Shown here one piece after another: positions 10,657 through 21,001 of a stretch of 64,000 nucleotides of DNA. The notes under the pieces are model-generated. The model made no database searches, had not been told where the DNA came from, and saw only the letters and a program-made list of their open reading frames with translations. The translations under genes and the position numbers were made by a program. Position 1 is the stretch's first letter. Every line of letters begins with the position of its first letter. Origin of the DNA: Promethearchaeota archaeon (GTDB lineage Archaea > Asgardarchaeota > Lokiarchaeia > Sigyniarchaeales > SOKP01); the NCBI GenBank assembly GCA_019058445.1, contig JAHPZA010000010.1:416001-480000 (forward strand), written 5' to 3'.

Positions 10657-10675
10657 CTAATTTCAACTTACTTTC

Positions 10676-10696
10676 AGTTTTTTTTCATCGAAAACT
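10676..10696 (+). promoter_or_regulatory. Shared 21-bp promoter motif, copy 3
   Basis: AGTTTTT-TTTCATC-GAAAACT followed by AATATAAAT. Confidence 0.55.
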
Positions 10697-10766
10697 AATA
10701 TAAATTAACATGGTATATCAATGATATATTATTATATTTAAAGACCAATAATTAGAGGCAACAATA

Positions 10767-11312
10767 ATGCTTCAAGATCAAGATATTTATGATGATAGGA
10801 AAAAAATTAAAGAAAAATATGAGATTCCTTTAGCCACACAGAGATTTTTACTTCAACTCTGTTGGGCTCGGCACGATGGACAGTGGTTTCTGAAATCCAA
10901 AAAAAAATATGGAATAAAAGAGGCTAATGAATTAAACCAAAATGTTATATACTCAATGGGAAAAATCGAAGCAAGGCATATCTTAGATGCTTTAGGCATA
11001 AAAAAGGGAGAAATTAGTACAATTCCAGAGGTATTTAAGATTATAAATACATTAATGGAAGTACTAATACCGAAGGTTATGAAATTCAGATTTTTTGCTC
11101 TTTCAGATCATGAAGGTGATGCTTTTGTGGATAAATGCTTTATATGGAAGGAAGTACAAAAATCAAAAGAACCTATCGAGTATGAATGCGCCTGTAATTT
11201 TAGACATAGAGGATGGTTAGATGCTATGGGTGTTAATGGCAAGATTGTAGCCTTGAAACGTTTTTCTAACGGAGATAATATGTGTAAATTTAAATTTATA
11301 CTAGAAAATTAG
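10767..11312 (+). CDS. DUF6125-like (V4R-related) protein
   Basis: CW..HDG.WF, IEAR, conserved Cys; paralog of 21084-21623. Confidence 0.7.
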   Translation: MLQDQDIYDDRKKIKEKYEIPLATQRFLLQLCWARHDGQWFLKSKKKYGIKEANELNQNVIYSMGKIEARHILDALGIKKGEISTIPEVFKIINTLMEVLIPKVMKFRFFALSDHEGDAFVDKCFIWKEVQKSKEPIEYECACNFRHRGWLDAMGVNGKIVALKRFSNGDNMCKFKFILEN

Positions 11313-11522
11313 AAGAATAATCTTTATTAAATCACTCAATTCTCTCAAATGGAATTTATTTTGCAAAAAGTTGAGGAACTACATAGATTGTTTTTAATGT
11401 AATCCATATATTTCTCAACTAAATTAGCAAAAAATTGCTGCATACGTTATAAAAATCAATAAAACTATATTACAATCTTGAACAAAAGAAGTATTTAAAA
11501 ATCATTATTATAAATTTAACTT

Positions 11523-12428
11523 ATGAAATTATATGAAACAATGAATGATCCTAAAAATGCAGTATGGGTATCGTTTCTGGTTATGGTTATATTTGGTTTT
11601 TTTATGGTTGTTCCACGGAACCTATCTATAGCTTTATTAGATATAATTGAATTGGACTTCTTGCTGGAATTAACCATATCCTTTATCATTCAATTCGTTT
11701 TTGCGGGATTTGCATGTCTGGTACTAATACCCTTACTGCTGGGTGTTCCCACTAAGGTCAAACCATATCGAACGTACCTCGAATCCATTCAATTAACCCA
11801 ATATAAACCAATTGGAAAACTTTTGTTTATTGGAATAACAGCAACTGTGTTTGTTCTATTTTTCTCCTTATTTTTAACAAGCATTACAGGGGACCTGAAT
11901 ATACATCCACAAAATGTGTTTGGACCACCTCTTCGAAATCCATCAGATCCTGAAAAGTCTATTTTGGGTTGGTTTGGATTCGTAATGTTTCTTACACCAG
12001 GAATATGGGAGGAAGTCTACGCAAGAGGGATCTTATTAACAATTTTATTAAGGAAATATCCCCAAGAGAAAGGAGAACACCACAAAGCAATTTTAATTGG
12101 GGGTGTTATATTTGGATTAACCCATATATTAGATATTCCAGGTCTAATTAGAGATCCTATTTTCATCTTACTACAAGTAGTATGGTCTTCAATAATTGGA
12201 ATAGCATTTGGATACTTGCGAGTAGCCACAAAAAGCCTGCTCCCATCAATTTTAATGCATTGGCTAATAGATTCATTTAATGCATATATTTCACCAGGGG
12301 GAAACCCACTTTTATTCCTAATCTTGTTTATGATAGGAATAATAATAGCTTCAGGATTAATCATTGTACTTGTATATCAAACGACTGATATCGGAAAACT
12401 AGAGAAAATAAAAAATGTCAATGGCTAG
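11523..12428 (+). CDS. CPBP-family intramembrane glutamic endopeptidase
   Basis: EExxxRG, FGLTH, HxxxD motifs; multiple TM helices. Confidence 0.9.
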   Translation: MKLYETMNDPKNAVWVSFLVMVIFGFFMVVPRNLSIALLDIIELDFLLELTISFIIQFVFAGFACLVLIPLLLGVPTKVKPYRTYLESIQLTQYKPIGKLLFIGITATVFVLFFSLFLTSITGDLNIHPQNVFGPPLRNPSDPEKSILGWFGFVMFLTPGIWEEVYARGILLTILLRKYPQEKGEHHKAILIGGVIFGLTHILDIPGLIRDPIFILLQVVWSSIIGIAFGYLRVATKSLLPSILMHWLIDSFNAYISPGGNPLLFLILFMIGIIIASGLIIVLVYQTTDIGKLEKIKNVNG

Positions 12429-12582
12429 ATTTCTTTCGAAATTTCTTATACCAAATATAAATCAAGAACTCAAGAGATACTCTATTAAAGATAGCTGTCC
12501 CGACGGCACAATATATTCCCGCTAGAGCACCTAAAATTAGATAAATCATCACTCTTTTAATATTTAATCCAAATTTCTCCAA
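12418..12582 (-). pseudogene. N-terminal fragment of a paralog of the membrane protein at 18307-18675
   Basis: TTG start with GAGGA SD; MEKFGLNIKRVMIYLILGALAGIYCAVGTAIFNRVSLEFLIYIWY matches MEKIGIDIKRMIIALIIGAFFGAICAW...IEYLIYIWY; similarity ends near 12445. Confidence 0.75.
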
Positions 12583-12749
12583 AATTTATTTATCCTCTTT
12601 ACTTAGGAACTGTTTCCATATAAAATTATTATAATAAACTAAATATTTATGATATTTAAAATGGAACTTAAAGAATTGTTATTTATATCCTCTTTATTAA
12701 AAATTTAAAAATATATTCTCTTAAAAAAAAAAAAAAATAGATTTATTGA

Positions 12750-13367
12750 TTAAATAACAAATTCAAAAAGTAAGCTAATTGCGATAAATATCACAGCTAT
12801 AATGGCTGCCTTTTTACTTTCTAATTCATGTATGTATTTTGAGATTAAAAAAACGTAGATTGTAAATAGAATGGCTAAAATTATACTAAATACAAGCATA
12901 ATTGGATTTCCAATCAAAACCGTAAACATCTGTTGATAAAATGTACTACTTGAGATTTTTGTAGATACAGGCTTGAATGATAGCGCAGAAATTAATACTC
13001 CGATATAATAAATTACTTGGAAAATACATACATACCCAAAAGCGGATGCGATTTGTTTAATGCTCCCAGATCCTTTAAAAATTTTCCCTAAAATCCATAT
13101 AATTATCGCATTGAAAATGAAAACCCAAAGAAACCCTATAATCAATGTGATGATTATAACGATGAACACTATATAGCTAGCCTGGGGAAAATCAGTAATT
13201 GTTATTTTTGATAATAATATAGCTGCTATAATGATACATTCGAGTAAAACGCCAAAAAAACTAATCAGTAAACCTTTAAACTCTGGACTCTCTTTAATCT
13301 CACCTAATGTTTCATCTGGAGATGTAAAAATACCCTTCAATCTTTCTAATGGATTCATTATATTCAC
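12750..13367 (-). CDS. Yip1-family membrane protein
   Basis: IF.SPDETL.EI, GKIFKGSGS......FGY, five TM helices, H.L...KA end. Confidence 0.75.
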   Translation of the reverse strand: MNIMNPLERLKGIFTSPDETLGEIKESPEFKGLLISFFGVLLECIIIAAILLSKITITDFPQASYIVFIVIIITLIIGFLWVFIFNAIIIWILGKIFKGSGSIKQIASAFGYVCIFQVIYYIGVLISALSFKPVSTKISSSTFYQQMFTVLIGNPIMLVFSIILAILFTIYVFLISKYIHELESKKAAIIAVIFIAISLLFEFVI

Positions 13368-13778
13368 TTATTACACAAGAAAAGATGATTTTTTTGGATT
13401 ATAGATATAAATTGTAAGAGTTCTAATAGTATTTCTTTTTTATACTTTTGTAAAATATCTCGCAAATGTAAAGCTTTCTATTTAAACTAATAAAGAGTTT
13501 ATTTTGATAGAATAAAGTTTAAAAACTCATTTGCTTGCTTAACATTGTTACAATTTTATAATTACATATGGTTTTAATATAAGATAACTGTTGCAAATTC
13601 AAGTTCATATTAGAAAAGACTAATACTCATTTTAAATAATATTTAAAACAATAATCTCATTACATATTTGATAGGTAGATAGTAATAAGAAAAATACAGA
13701 AAATTCAATCACTGTTGACTTTAAAAAGTCCACGAATTTTTTATAAACACAACAAATACTGATTAACGACAAAAAGAT

Positions 13779-14249
13779 GTGATAAAAGAAATGGATTATA
13801 AGTTTAAAATTAAAGAGCTAAAATTTCAACCTACTTTAGCTGTTAGAACCCGGACCCCTGTTGAGAATTTGCCTCAGGAGATCGGAAATGCTTATAGGGC
13901 AATAATGCAATATTTAGGGGAATTAGGTGTAGAACCCGTTGGCATGCCTTTTGTTATTTATTTTAACTTAGATATGCAAGATTTAGATGTTGAAATCGGT
14001 TTTCCAGTTCCCAAGCAGTTTAAAGAAAAAGGAGCGATAAAGGCGAGTGAACTACCAAAAGGGAAAGTTGCTTCATGTATTCATATGGGTCCTTATGAGG
14101 AGATGAAACCTACCTATGATGCTCTTACAGAATGGGTTCAAAATAATGGTTATGACCCAACGGGCGTCACTATTGAATATTATTATAATGATCCTCATGA
14201 AGTGGCACCAGAAGAAATAATGACTGAGATTCAATTTCCTCTTAAATAA
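13779..14249 (+). CDS. GyrI-like small-molecule-binding protein
   Basis: GMPF..Y, DVEIGFPV, LPKGKVA...HMGPY, EYY.NDP, TEIQFP. Confidence 0.88.
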   Translation: MIKEMDYKFKIKELKFQPTLAVRTRTPVENLPQEIGNAYRAIMQYLGELGVEPVGMPFVIYFNLDMQDLDVEIGFPVPKQFKEKGAIKASELPKGKVASCIHMGPYEEMKPTYDALTEWVQNNGYDPTGVTIEYYYNDPHEVAPEEIMTEIQFPLK

Positions 14250-14291
14250 AGAATAGTAAAATAAATTCTTATTCTTTTTATAATTTTAATT

Positions 14292-14390
14292 TCAAGAATC
14301 GGATGGAGCCAATATAGTAGAGATAAAATCGATTAAAGCTACAAAAATAATACCCATAATGAGATAATAAATTCCGCCATTAGCGAAAAT
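14292..14390 (-). pseudogene. C-terminal fragment of a paralog of the membrane protein at 18307-18675
   Basis: Reads IFANGGIYYLIMGIIFVALIDFISTILAPSDS-stop versus GLPAISYLWAGIVYGIIIDVVATRFSKSD-stop. Confidence 0.55.
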
Positions 14391-14397
14391 CCTCCAT

Positions 14398-14661
14398 TTA
14401 TTCAGATAACTGTCTATTATTTTTTCTGATTTCTAAATAACAATTAAGTATTCCATACCCATTTAAAAATATATAACAAAAATTGATTATTGCTATGCTC
14501 AATACCCCAATTGAGAAGGTAAAAATTGAAACTAGAAATGAAATAATTATTGACATAATCAATCCAATAATCCTAAAACTCGGTTGACTTGCTCTTTTAC
14601 TAATAAAAAAGTAAAATGCGATAAATGATAATATAGTAAAAGCCCATTCAATTAATTCCAT
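14398..14661 (-). CDS. Small membrane protein (3 TM)
   Basis: 87 aa hydrophobic ORF with GGTGA SD. Confidence 0.6.
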   Translation of the reverse strand: MELIEWAFTILSFIAFYFFISKRASQPSFRIIGLIMSIIISFLVSIFTFSIGVLSIAIINFCYIFLNGYGILNCYLEIRKNNRQLSE

Positions 14662-14692
14662 TATTTATTCACCTTAAAAATTGATTGATAGA

Positions 14693-14773
14693 TTTTCATG
14701 AAATTCGAATTCTGAGAAACCATCATGAAATATTATTATTGCATTCTATTTAAATGTTTTCATAAAATTCGAA
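14693..14773. promoter_or_regulatory. 17-bp direct repeat, putative operator between divergent genes
   Basis: TTTTCATGAAATTCGAA (14693-14709) and TTTTCATAAAATTCGAA (14757-14773). Confidence 0.55.
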
Positions 14774-14816
14774 CTAAAAAAATAAATAAGGGAAGTACTT
14801 ATATTTATCTTAAGAA

Positions 14817-15893
14817 ATGTCAGAAAGAAGCGAAAAATTATTCTTTGAGGGAAAGCTACGAGAGTATGAAAAAAAAATCATTGATTATTATATGGAACGG
14901 GTAACAATTTCAGGACAATCAGAAACTTTAGCATCTATTATCGGATATCTATCAATTTATGGAGGCTTAACCCAAACACAGTTAAAAAAATTAACTGGGT
15001 TTTCAAAATCTACGATCTCTACGGGATTATCCAACTTAATCAATGTCAGATACGTTAAAAAGAATAAAATAACTGGAAAAAGAGAATATAAATATTACTT
15101 ATCTTTTGATTCTCAAGGTTCTATTGATGATGCATTAGGTAGTGTGGAACCAGAGATAATGTTTTTTCAAAATACAATAAAGGAATTAGAAGAAAAACTT
15201 ACGGAAAAACATAAAGGATACGACCTTCTGTTGGAAAGATTAAATGAGATTGTAGATGTTTTTGAATTATATCAAACTTCTCTAAAAGATATAAAAGATC
15301 TAAATGAAATCGTTAAAATTGATTATGAACCACCAAAAGTGGAAAGATTAACTCCAAAAGCTATAGATTACCTATTAGAAGATTTTGATCCGGAAATAAG
15401 GAAATTTGAGAATGAAATTATTGATTTTTTTAAATATCAATCTGCATATTCCACTTTGACAGAATTTATGTTGATTATTTTTGTCTATTTTATTACGAGG
15501 AAGGTATTAACTCAAGCTAAAATAAAAGAACTTACAGGATTATCTGTGGGGAAAATATCCCAAGTGGTTAATGCCCTCATAAAAAAAGAGCATATTATCT
15601 CGCTTAATAAGAAAAAATATAAAGAATTAATTCCAAAAAAATTAGAACGACAGAAATTATATGCAATGATTTCAATTAGGAAATCATTTTTTCATTCAGG
15701 AATTAAATCTCTAAAAGAAATGTTAAAATGGGAAACGAAGTTCGCTTTAATAAAAGCGGAATTGAATAATAGGAGAGATGAGCTTGAAACACTGTACGGT
15801 TATCAAAAAATAAAGAAGAAAGTGAATGAACTTATTGATTTAATGCAAATTTACAAGAATGCGATTAAATTATTTTCAAAGTTATTGCAATAA
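14817..15893 (+). CDS. Tandem-duplicated GbsR/MarR-like winged-helix regulator
   Basis: Two repeats: LTQTQLKKLTGFSKSTISTGL and LTQAKIKELTGLSVGKISQVV. Confidence 0.75.
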   Translation: MSERSEKLFFEGKLREYEKKIIDYYMERVTISGQSETLASIIGYLSIYGGLTQTQLKKLTGFSKSTISTGLSNLINVRYVKKNKITGKREYKYYLSFDSQGSIDDALGSVEPEIMFFQNTIKELEEKLTEKHKGYDLLLERLNEIVDVFELYQTSLKDIKDLNEIVKIDYEPPKVERLTPKAIDYLLEDFDPEIRKFENEIIDFFKYQSAYSTLTEFMLIIFVYFITRKVLTQAKIKELTGLSVGKISQVVNALIKKEHIISLNKKKYKELIPKKLERQKLYAMISIRKSFFHSGIKSLKEMLKWETKFALIKAELNNRRDELETLYGYQKIKKKVNELIDLMQIYKNAIKLFSKLLQ

Positions 15894-15998
15894 ATCAAGA
15901 CTCTAAAAATAAAACAATAATCTTATAAAAATGAATTAATTTAACTCAAATTGTTTTTAAATTTGATGGATGTCTCCCATTTCTAATGCTATTATTTA

Positions 15999-16781
15999 TT
16001 ACTTTTTATTTAGAACTGCTTGAATTTGTTTCTTTAGTGTATGTTGATATAAGGTTCTTTCACCATTACACACAACACAATATGTTCCATATGGATAAAT
16101 ACCATTTTCTTGAGCATCCTTACAATTTTCAATCTTGATTATTTTCACTTTGTCACTGTGAGGCATTTCCTTAACTTCATCCACCAAGTCCACAACATAT
16201 GGGCATTGATCAGTATAAAAGATTGTAATGCCAGATTCATGATTTTTCAATTCTTCATTAGAGAGAGGTTGGAACTTAGGTTTAGGAGCGTCTATTGAAA
16301 ATCCTTTAGCATACAATCTGAAATAAGGTTCCATCTCATCTATTAATTCAAATCCTAATCGTTCATATAATTTTCGTTTTGGGAGCCAGCCTCCTTTATC
16401 TGCCGTCATTCCGACAACACCATACATTCCTGCTTCTTTGGCGTCATTAATCGCATATTCTAGAAGCTTGGACCCATACCCTTTTTGTTTATGCTTCCCC
16501 ACTACCCACAAACAATGGATAACCATCCAACCATCCGCCTGAATTCCCCGCCAATTATACTCCCCTGGAATGTATTCGATCATTCCACGTGAAGTTTCCT
16601 TATTTCCTTCCTTTACCATTAATAATTTATATTTTAATCCTTCTTTAAAGCGTTTTTTAATCCATTTGAGCTTGCTTTGATAACCATTAAATTTCTTCTT
16701 GGTTTTTTTGCAAAACATCTCCTGCTCATCAATATTTTTCTCATTAATATCTATTATTTTTGACATTCTTCTTAACCTCAA
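15999..16781 (-). CDS. GNAT acetyltransferase with YoaP-like C-terminus (likely start ATG 16766)
   Basis: GMIEYIPGEY.WR, IHCLWV...KGYGS.LL, YTDQCPY. Confidence 0.85.
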   Translation of the reverse strand: MRLRRMSKIIDINEKNIDEQEMFCKKTKKKFNGYQSKLKWIKKRFKEGLKYKLLMVKEGNKETSRGMIEYIPGEYNWRGIQADGWMVIHCLWVVGKHKQKGYGSKLLEYAINDAKEAGMYGVVGMTADKGGWLPKRKLYERLGFELIDEMEPYFRLYAKGFSIDAPKPKFQPLSNEELKNHESGITIFYTDQCPYVVDLVDEVKEMPHSDKVKIIKIENCKDAQENGIYPYGTYCVVCNGERTLYQHTLKKQIQAVLNKK

Positions 16782-16792
16782 TTATAATAGAG

Positions 16793-17254
16793 TTATATTT
16801 GCTTTCTCATTACTTCCTTGATTGTTTTATACCCTAAGGCAACCCAAGTATTCTTACCTTCTTTATTATTAGAATCTACCCTTAAATCGATTTTATTGAT
16901 TCCTTTTTTCTTAAGGGTTTCGATCAGCATTGCTTCCATAAGACACATAACACCCTTTCTACGATGTTGTGGTTCAACATATCCTTTCATCATATATGCA
17001 GTGCGGGTACTCTTTAATTCTGCTCCAGTAAATCCAATAATTTCCTTGCCCTTTACAGCAACTATGTGTATATAGCGTGGATTTAAAAATCTTCGTGTCA
17101 CATGCTTGAGATGATTTTCTACAGTCCATTCAAACGCACCTAAGTGAATTGTCAAAGCTCTTGTCATCTCTGCAATTCGGTATAAATTATTTTTCGTAGC
17201 TAATCTAACTTCCACGAGATCTTTATTTTGCTCAACTGCTTTCATATCTATCAT
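16793..17254 (-). CDS. GNAT acetyltransferase
   Basis: YVEPQHRRKGV, L.V...N......W..LGY. Confidence 0.85.
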   Translation of the reverse strand: MIDMKAVEQNKDLVEVRLATKNNLYRIAEMTRALTIHLGAFEWTVENHLKHVTRRFLNPRYIHIVAVKGKEIIGFTGAELKSTRTAYMMKGYVEPQHRRKGVMCLMEAMLIETLKKKGINKIDLRVDSNNKEGKNTWVALGYKTIKEVMRKQI

Positions 17255-17278
17255 TTTCCTACAATTTTCCAGTCAAAT

Positions 17279-17704
17279 TTATTTATTTTGAAATTTCTTA
17301 TTTAAAAGATATCCAATCATAACAGCTAAAACCAAGTTATTTATGTAAACCAAGATTCCGGGTAAAAAAGCACTAATTCCTAATTTTAGTATTAAGACAA
17401 CTACCAAAAAATCTAATAAAAAATTCATGATATACCAGTTAACTCCTGCGATTAATCCATATTTTGAATAATCATCTCTAAGACCTTTAAAGTACAAAAA
17501 TGCGAATAACGCAAAATTTAAACTCCAAACAGCGCCCAATACCGCATTAAACCATAAAATATCTATTATCGGTTCATTTTTAGTTACATCCCAAAGGAGG
17601 GTTGCGACTAATGCCGGAATAAACCAAATTAAAAAACCAAATAATATTGTTCTAATGATTTGATTTAACTGAATCTTATTTCTATCAATATTTTTTTCAC
17701 TCAT
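17279..17704 (-). CDS. Four-TM membrane protein
   Basis: Hydrophobic helices; GGAGGT SD. Confidence 0.65.
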   Translation of the reverse strand: MSEKNIDRNKIQLNQIIRTILFGFLIWFIPALVATLLWDVTKNEPIIDILWFNAVLGAVWSLNFALFAFLYFKGLRDDYSKYGLIAGVNWYIMNFLLDFLVVVLILKLGISAFLPGILVYINNLVLAVMIGYLLNKKFQNK

Positions 17705-17748
17705 TTTTCTTACCTCCTAAAAATAAAAAAAAATTTTAAATTTGTAAT

Positions 17749-18261
17749 TTATCCTTCTTCAAATTCCTGTGCAGCCCACCACTCTGCACCATCTTCATAC
17801 CAATCAGGCCAATCTTTTAGCCAAGGTGCTATATGAACATCTCGAACTCTGTCACAAATCGGAAAATAGGCTTTAAGATCAACAATAGGAGTGCCATCAA
17901 ACGCGTCAATATATGGAACTTTTACAAATCCCTCATCTTGATTGACTTCCATTATATTTACTGTAGTTATTGCGATAGGATTGGGACGATACTCTGCTCT
18001 TGTAGCAAATACTCCTGTAGTAGGAGAATCTTCTCCGTAAGGAGGTGTTGTTTCTACTACACTTCTTGCTTCTTTGTTATCATTTTTATCAGCCCACCAG
18101 AATACAATTACATGACTAAATTTATCTAATTCTTTTAGTCCTGCTCGGTATGGCTTTGCTATATCAATGAAATAGTTAGAATTCATTGGATCTACTCCTT
18201 CTACTCTAACATGACCTATTGGCTTTAAATTAATTACCTTTTGTGAACTATCCATACACAT
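17749..18261 (-). CDS. TsaA/TrmO-like SAM-binding protein
   Basis: LKPIGHV, GVFATR...RPNPI, DAFDGTPIVDLK.Y. Confidence 0.88.
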   Translation of the reverse strand: MCMDSSQKVINLKPIGHVRVEGVDPMNSNYFIDIAKPYRAGLKELDKFSHVIVFWWADKNDNKEARSVVETTPPYGEDSPTTGVFATRAEYRPNPIAITTVNIMEVNQDEGFVKVPYIDAFDGTPIVDLKAYFPICDRVRDVHIAPWLKDWPDWYEDGAEWWAAQEFEEG

Positions 18262-18306
18262 TATCCTCCAAAATTTTTACTTTATTCTTTAATTAAATCA
18301 AAAAAT

Positions 18307-18675
18307 TCAATCGGATTTAGAAAATCTCGTCGCAACGACATCAATTATTATTCCATACACAATACCAGCCCATAAATATGAAATTGCAGGCAAACCAGGA
18401 ATTATAACTAATATAACACTTATAATCGTTCCAAGAATTGCACCCCTAATGGCAGCATTACCATACTTGTTTTCAATGAATTTCATGTTTTCCGCATAGC
18501 CTATTATAAATCCTAAAATTAATCTATTATACCAAATATAAATTAAATATTCAATAGTTAGCCATTCTGCTGGAATAGGAGCTGTAGAAGTCGCCCATGC
18601 ACATATTGCTCCAAAAAATGCACCAATAATGAGCGCAATTATCATTCTTTTTATATCTATACCAATTTTTTCCAT
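18307..18675 (-). CDS. Four-TM membrane protein
   Basis: Gly-rich TM helices, WYNR..LG. Confidence 0.7.
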   Translation of the reverse strand: MEKIGIDIKRMIIALIIGAFFGAICAWATSTAPIPAEWLTIEYLIYIWYNRLILGFIIGYAENMKFIENKYGNAAIRGAILGTIISVILVIIPGLPAISYLWAGIVYGIIIDVVATRFSKSD

Positions 18676-18864
18676 ATCAAATTCCTTTATGTTGCTGTTT
18701 TTTCTTCTTTTAAACTATTTGATTGAATTAAAATTTAATGACTGTGATGAATAATGATGATTTAATATTTAATCTTTCCTATTTTTGTGGGAGTTTATTC
18801 ACTTTTTTTAGGAATATTTATATATGATTAATGCCATAATAGTATTATAGGAAGGTATATTTCG

Positions 18865-19401
18865 GTGAGAATTAAGATAGAACATAAAATTATTGAAAAA
18901 AAAAGTTTTATGTTTATTGGGTGTGTTTTTTACGGAGATCCGTTTCATTCTGCTAAGGAATGGACTATTGAAAATGAAATAGGTAAATTATGGGAGAGAT
19001 ATGGAGTATTACTTAAGAAATATTGGCGTTCATTAAGAAAATATTTTATAAATCCTAATATCAGTTATGAATTACATATAGAGCCTGAAGAGTATATTGA
19101 AACTAAAAATTATTATGTATTTACTGGAACAGAAATAAAAGAATATGAAGAGATGCCATTAGAAATGTTTGTCAAAATCCTTCCAACATCAAAATATCTT
19201 ATGTTTACAGCAAAAGCAATGGACTTTGACAGCGGAGAATATTATTTTAAAAATTGGTTACCGCAATCTAGCTATGAACAAGCATATCCCTATATAATTC
19301 AAGCCTATGATGCTCAACGTTTTAAAAGTCTCGAAGATAAAGAATCAGAAATTGACTGGTATATCCCAATAAAAAGTAAAAACTCGAGTGAAAAAAATTG
19401 A
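18865..19401 (+). CDS. GyrI-like effector-binding protein
   Basis: IGKLWER, LP...Y..F, WLPQS.Y, YD.RF, EIDWYIPI. Confidence 0.8.
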   Translation: MRIKIEHKIIEKKSFMFIGCVFYGDPFHSAKEWTIENEIGKLWERYGVLLKKYWRSLRKYFINPNISYELHIEPEEYIETKNYYVFTGTEIKEYEEMPLEMFVKILPTSKYLMFTAKAMDFDSGEYYFKNWLPQSSYEQAYPYIIQAYDAQRFKSLEDKESEIDWYIPIKSKNSSEKN

Positions 19402-19787
19402 TAGATGATAAATCATTGGATGATTTAAATAATGATTTAGGAGTTTGGTTTGAAGAGGTTTTATCTATAATAAAAGCTCTTGGAAATGATAACCGGCTGC
19501 AAGTGCTTTCTCTTCTACTAAGTAGCCAGCAGTCATTTCAATCGCTCATGAATTTTACAAATTTAAAAAAAACTGCCTTATCAAATCATCTGAATAAACT
19601 AATTGAAAATGGTTTAATTCTCAGAACGGATCACGGAGTATATAATATCACTTCAGATGGAATTTTATTTTTGAAGGCAATTTTAAATTCATATAAACAA
19701 TCAGATCATCAAAAAGAGCAAATAAGAACCTCAAGTGGATTAAAAATGTCAAACAAGTTTATTCAATCTTTTTTTAAGAAAAAGTAA
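19398..19787 (+). CDS. ArsR-family regulator
   Basis: KALGN.NRL..L, LSNHLNKL...GLI, Y.IT.DG; overlaps upstream stop. Confidence 0.85.
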   Translation: MIDDKSLDDLNNDLGVWFEEVLSIIKALGNDNRLQVLSLLLSSQQSFQSLMNFTNLKKTALSNHLNKLIENGLILRTDHGVYNITSDGILFLKAILNSYKQSDHQKEQIRTSSGLKMSNKFIQSFFKKK

Positions 19788-19909
19788 AAATTAGGCATTA
19801 GAAATAAGCCATTATATCCATTTAAGGCTTTAGAACTATAATCCTTATTTTTCCTAATTTTTATTAAAAGAAAATATAAAAACGTACACAACCTTCTTAA
19901 CCGTAAGCT

Positions 19910-20524
19910 ATGAGTCAAGAAAAGTTAAAAATAATTGTATACTCAGATTATATTTGTCCTTTTTGTTACATAGGTTATCATCGGATTGAAAAACTTAAAG
20001 AGCAATTTGAATTTGACGTCGAATGGCGTCCCTTTGAGCTTCATCCAGAAATTCCGAAAGGAGGTGTAAATCTAAATCAAATGCCCTTTCCTAGAGAGTA
20101 TTTAGAAATGGTATTAACTAATGTAAAGCGCCTCGCAGATGAAGACGGAATCGATGTTAATTTCACTGAAAAGCTCCCAAATTCACAAATGGCTTTATAT
20201 ATTTCCGAATTCGCAAGAAAAGAAGGAAAATTCGATGAGTTTCATAAATTGGTTTTCGAAAAGTATTGGAAAGAGGGTGGCGATATTGGAGAGAGATCAT
20301 TATTATTGGATTTGGCAGAATCTATTGGATTGAACCGTAATAAAATAGAAGATTACATTCAGAGCGATGAGCCTCGCAATGAACTAAGGAGATATCTTTC
20401 AGAAATAAGAAGTCTCGGGATAAATGGTGTACCAGCATTTTTAATTGGCAAGCAAATAATATTCGGAGCCCAACCATATGAGACATTCAAAACTGTTATT
20501 CAAAAAGCTTTAGAACAAGATTAA
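19910..20524 (+). CDS. DsbA/FrnE-family oxidoreductase
   Basis: SDYICPFCYIG, WRPFEL.P, GINGVP.F, GAQP. Confidence 0.92.
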   Translation: MSQEKLKIIVYSDYICPFCYIGYHRIEKLKEQFEFDVEWRPFELHPEIPKGGVNLNQMPFPREYLEMVLTNVKRLADEDGIDVNFTEKLPNSQMALYISEFARKEGKFDEFHKLVFEKYWKEGGDIGERSLLLDLAESIGLNRNKIEDYIQSDEPRNELRRYLSEIRSLGINGVPAFLIGKQIIFGAQPYETFKTVIQKALEQD

Positions 20525-20928
20525 ACTCGTTCCTTTTCTAAATTCTCCTTTTTTAAAAAGTATGCTTTTCGGAAAATTTCATAATCTTCGCTTGACAAGA
20601 TTTTCTTAAATCTTTCGACATTTTTTTCTGTAATTTCAAATGCCTTCTCGATAGTAGGACAAGGATAATCAACACATTTTCCACAATTTTCGACTTTTTT
20701 TTCAATACAACATTCTTTTATGCCATATTCACATATTTCAACATCTTGACATCCTTCACATCTCATTCTTTCGGGTTCGTCTAGATTATAACGCCAACTA
20801 ACTTTTTTCATTACAAGTGCAACCTCCCTTTTTTTTTTCTTACCCCCAATTAAATTTGCACTATATTTTGGACAATATGCGCAATTATCTCCGCAATAAG
20901 CTATATTTTTTGTAGACATATTTTTCAA
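20521..20928 (-). CDS. DUF3795-like Cys-rich protein
   Basis: AYCGDNCAYCP, CEGC, IKECC......NCGKC..YPC. Confidence 0.8.
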   Translation of the reverse strand: MKNMSTKNIAYCGDNCAYCPKYSANLIGGKKKKREVALVMKKVSWRYNLDEPERMRCEGCQDVEICEYGIKECCIEKKVENCGKCVDYPCPTIEKAFEITEKNVERFKKILSSEDYEIFRKAYFLKKENLEKERV

Positions 20929-21001
20929 CTTTACTTCAGTGGAAAAGTATAATGTTAAATTTTCAATATATATTTGAATTTTTCATTTTCAACTAAATAT
21001 T

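Noticed and set aside
12723-12737. Long A/T homopolymers here and near 28615 and 59510 as phase-variation tracts
   Set aside because: They lie at gene 3' ends and fit archaeal oligo-T terminators or Lys codon runs
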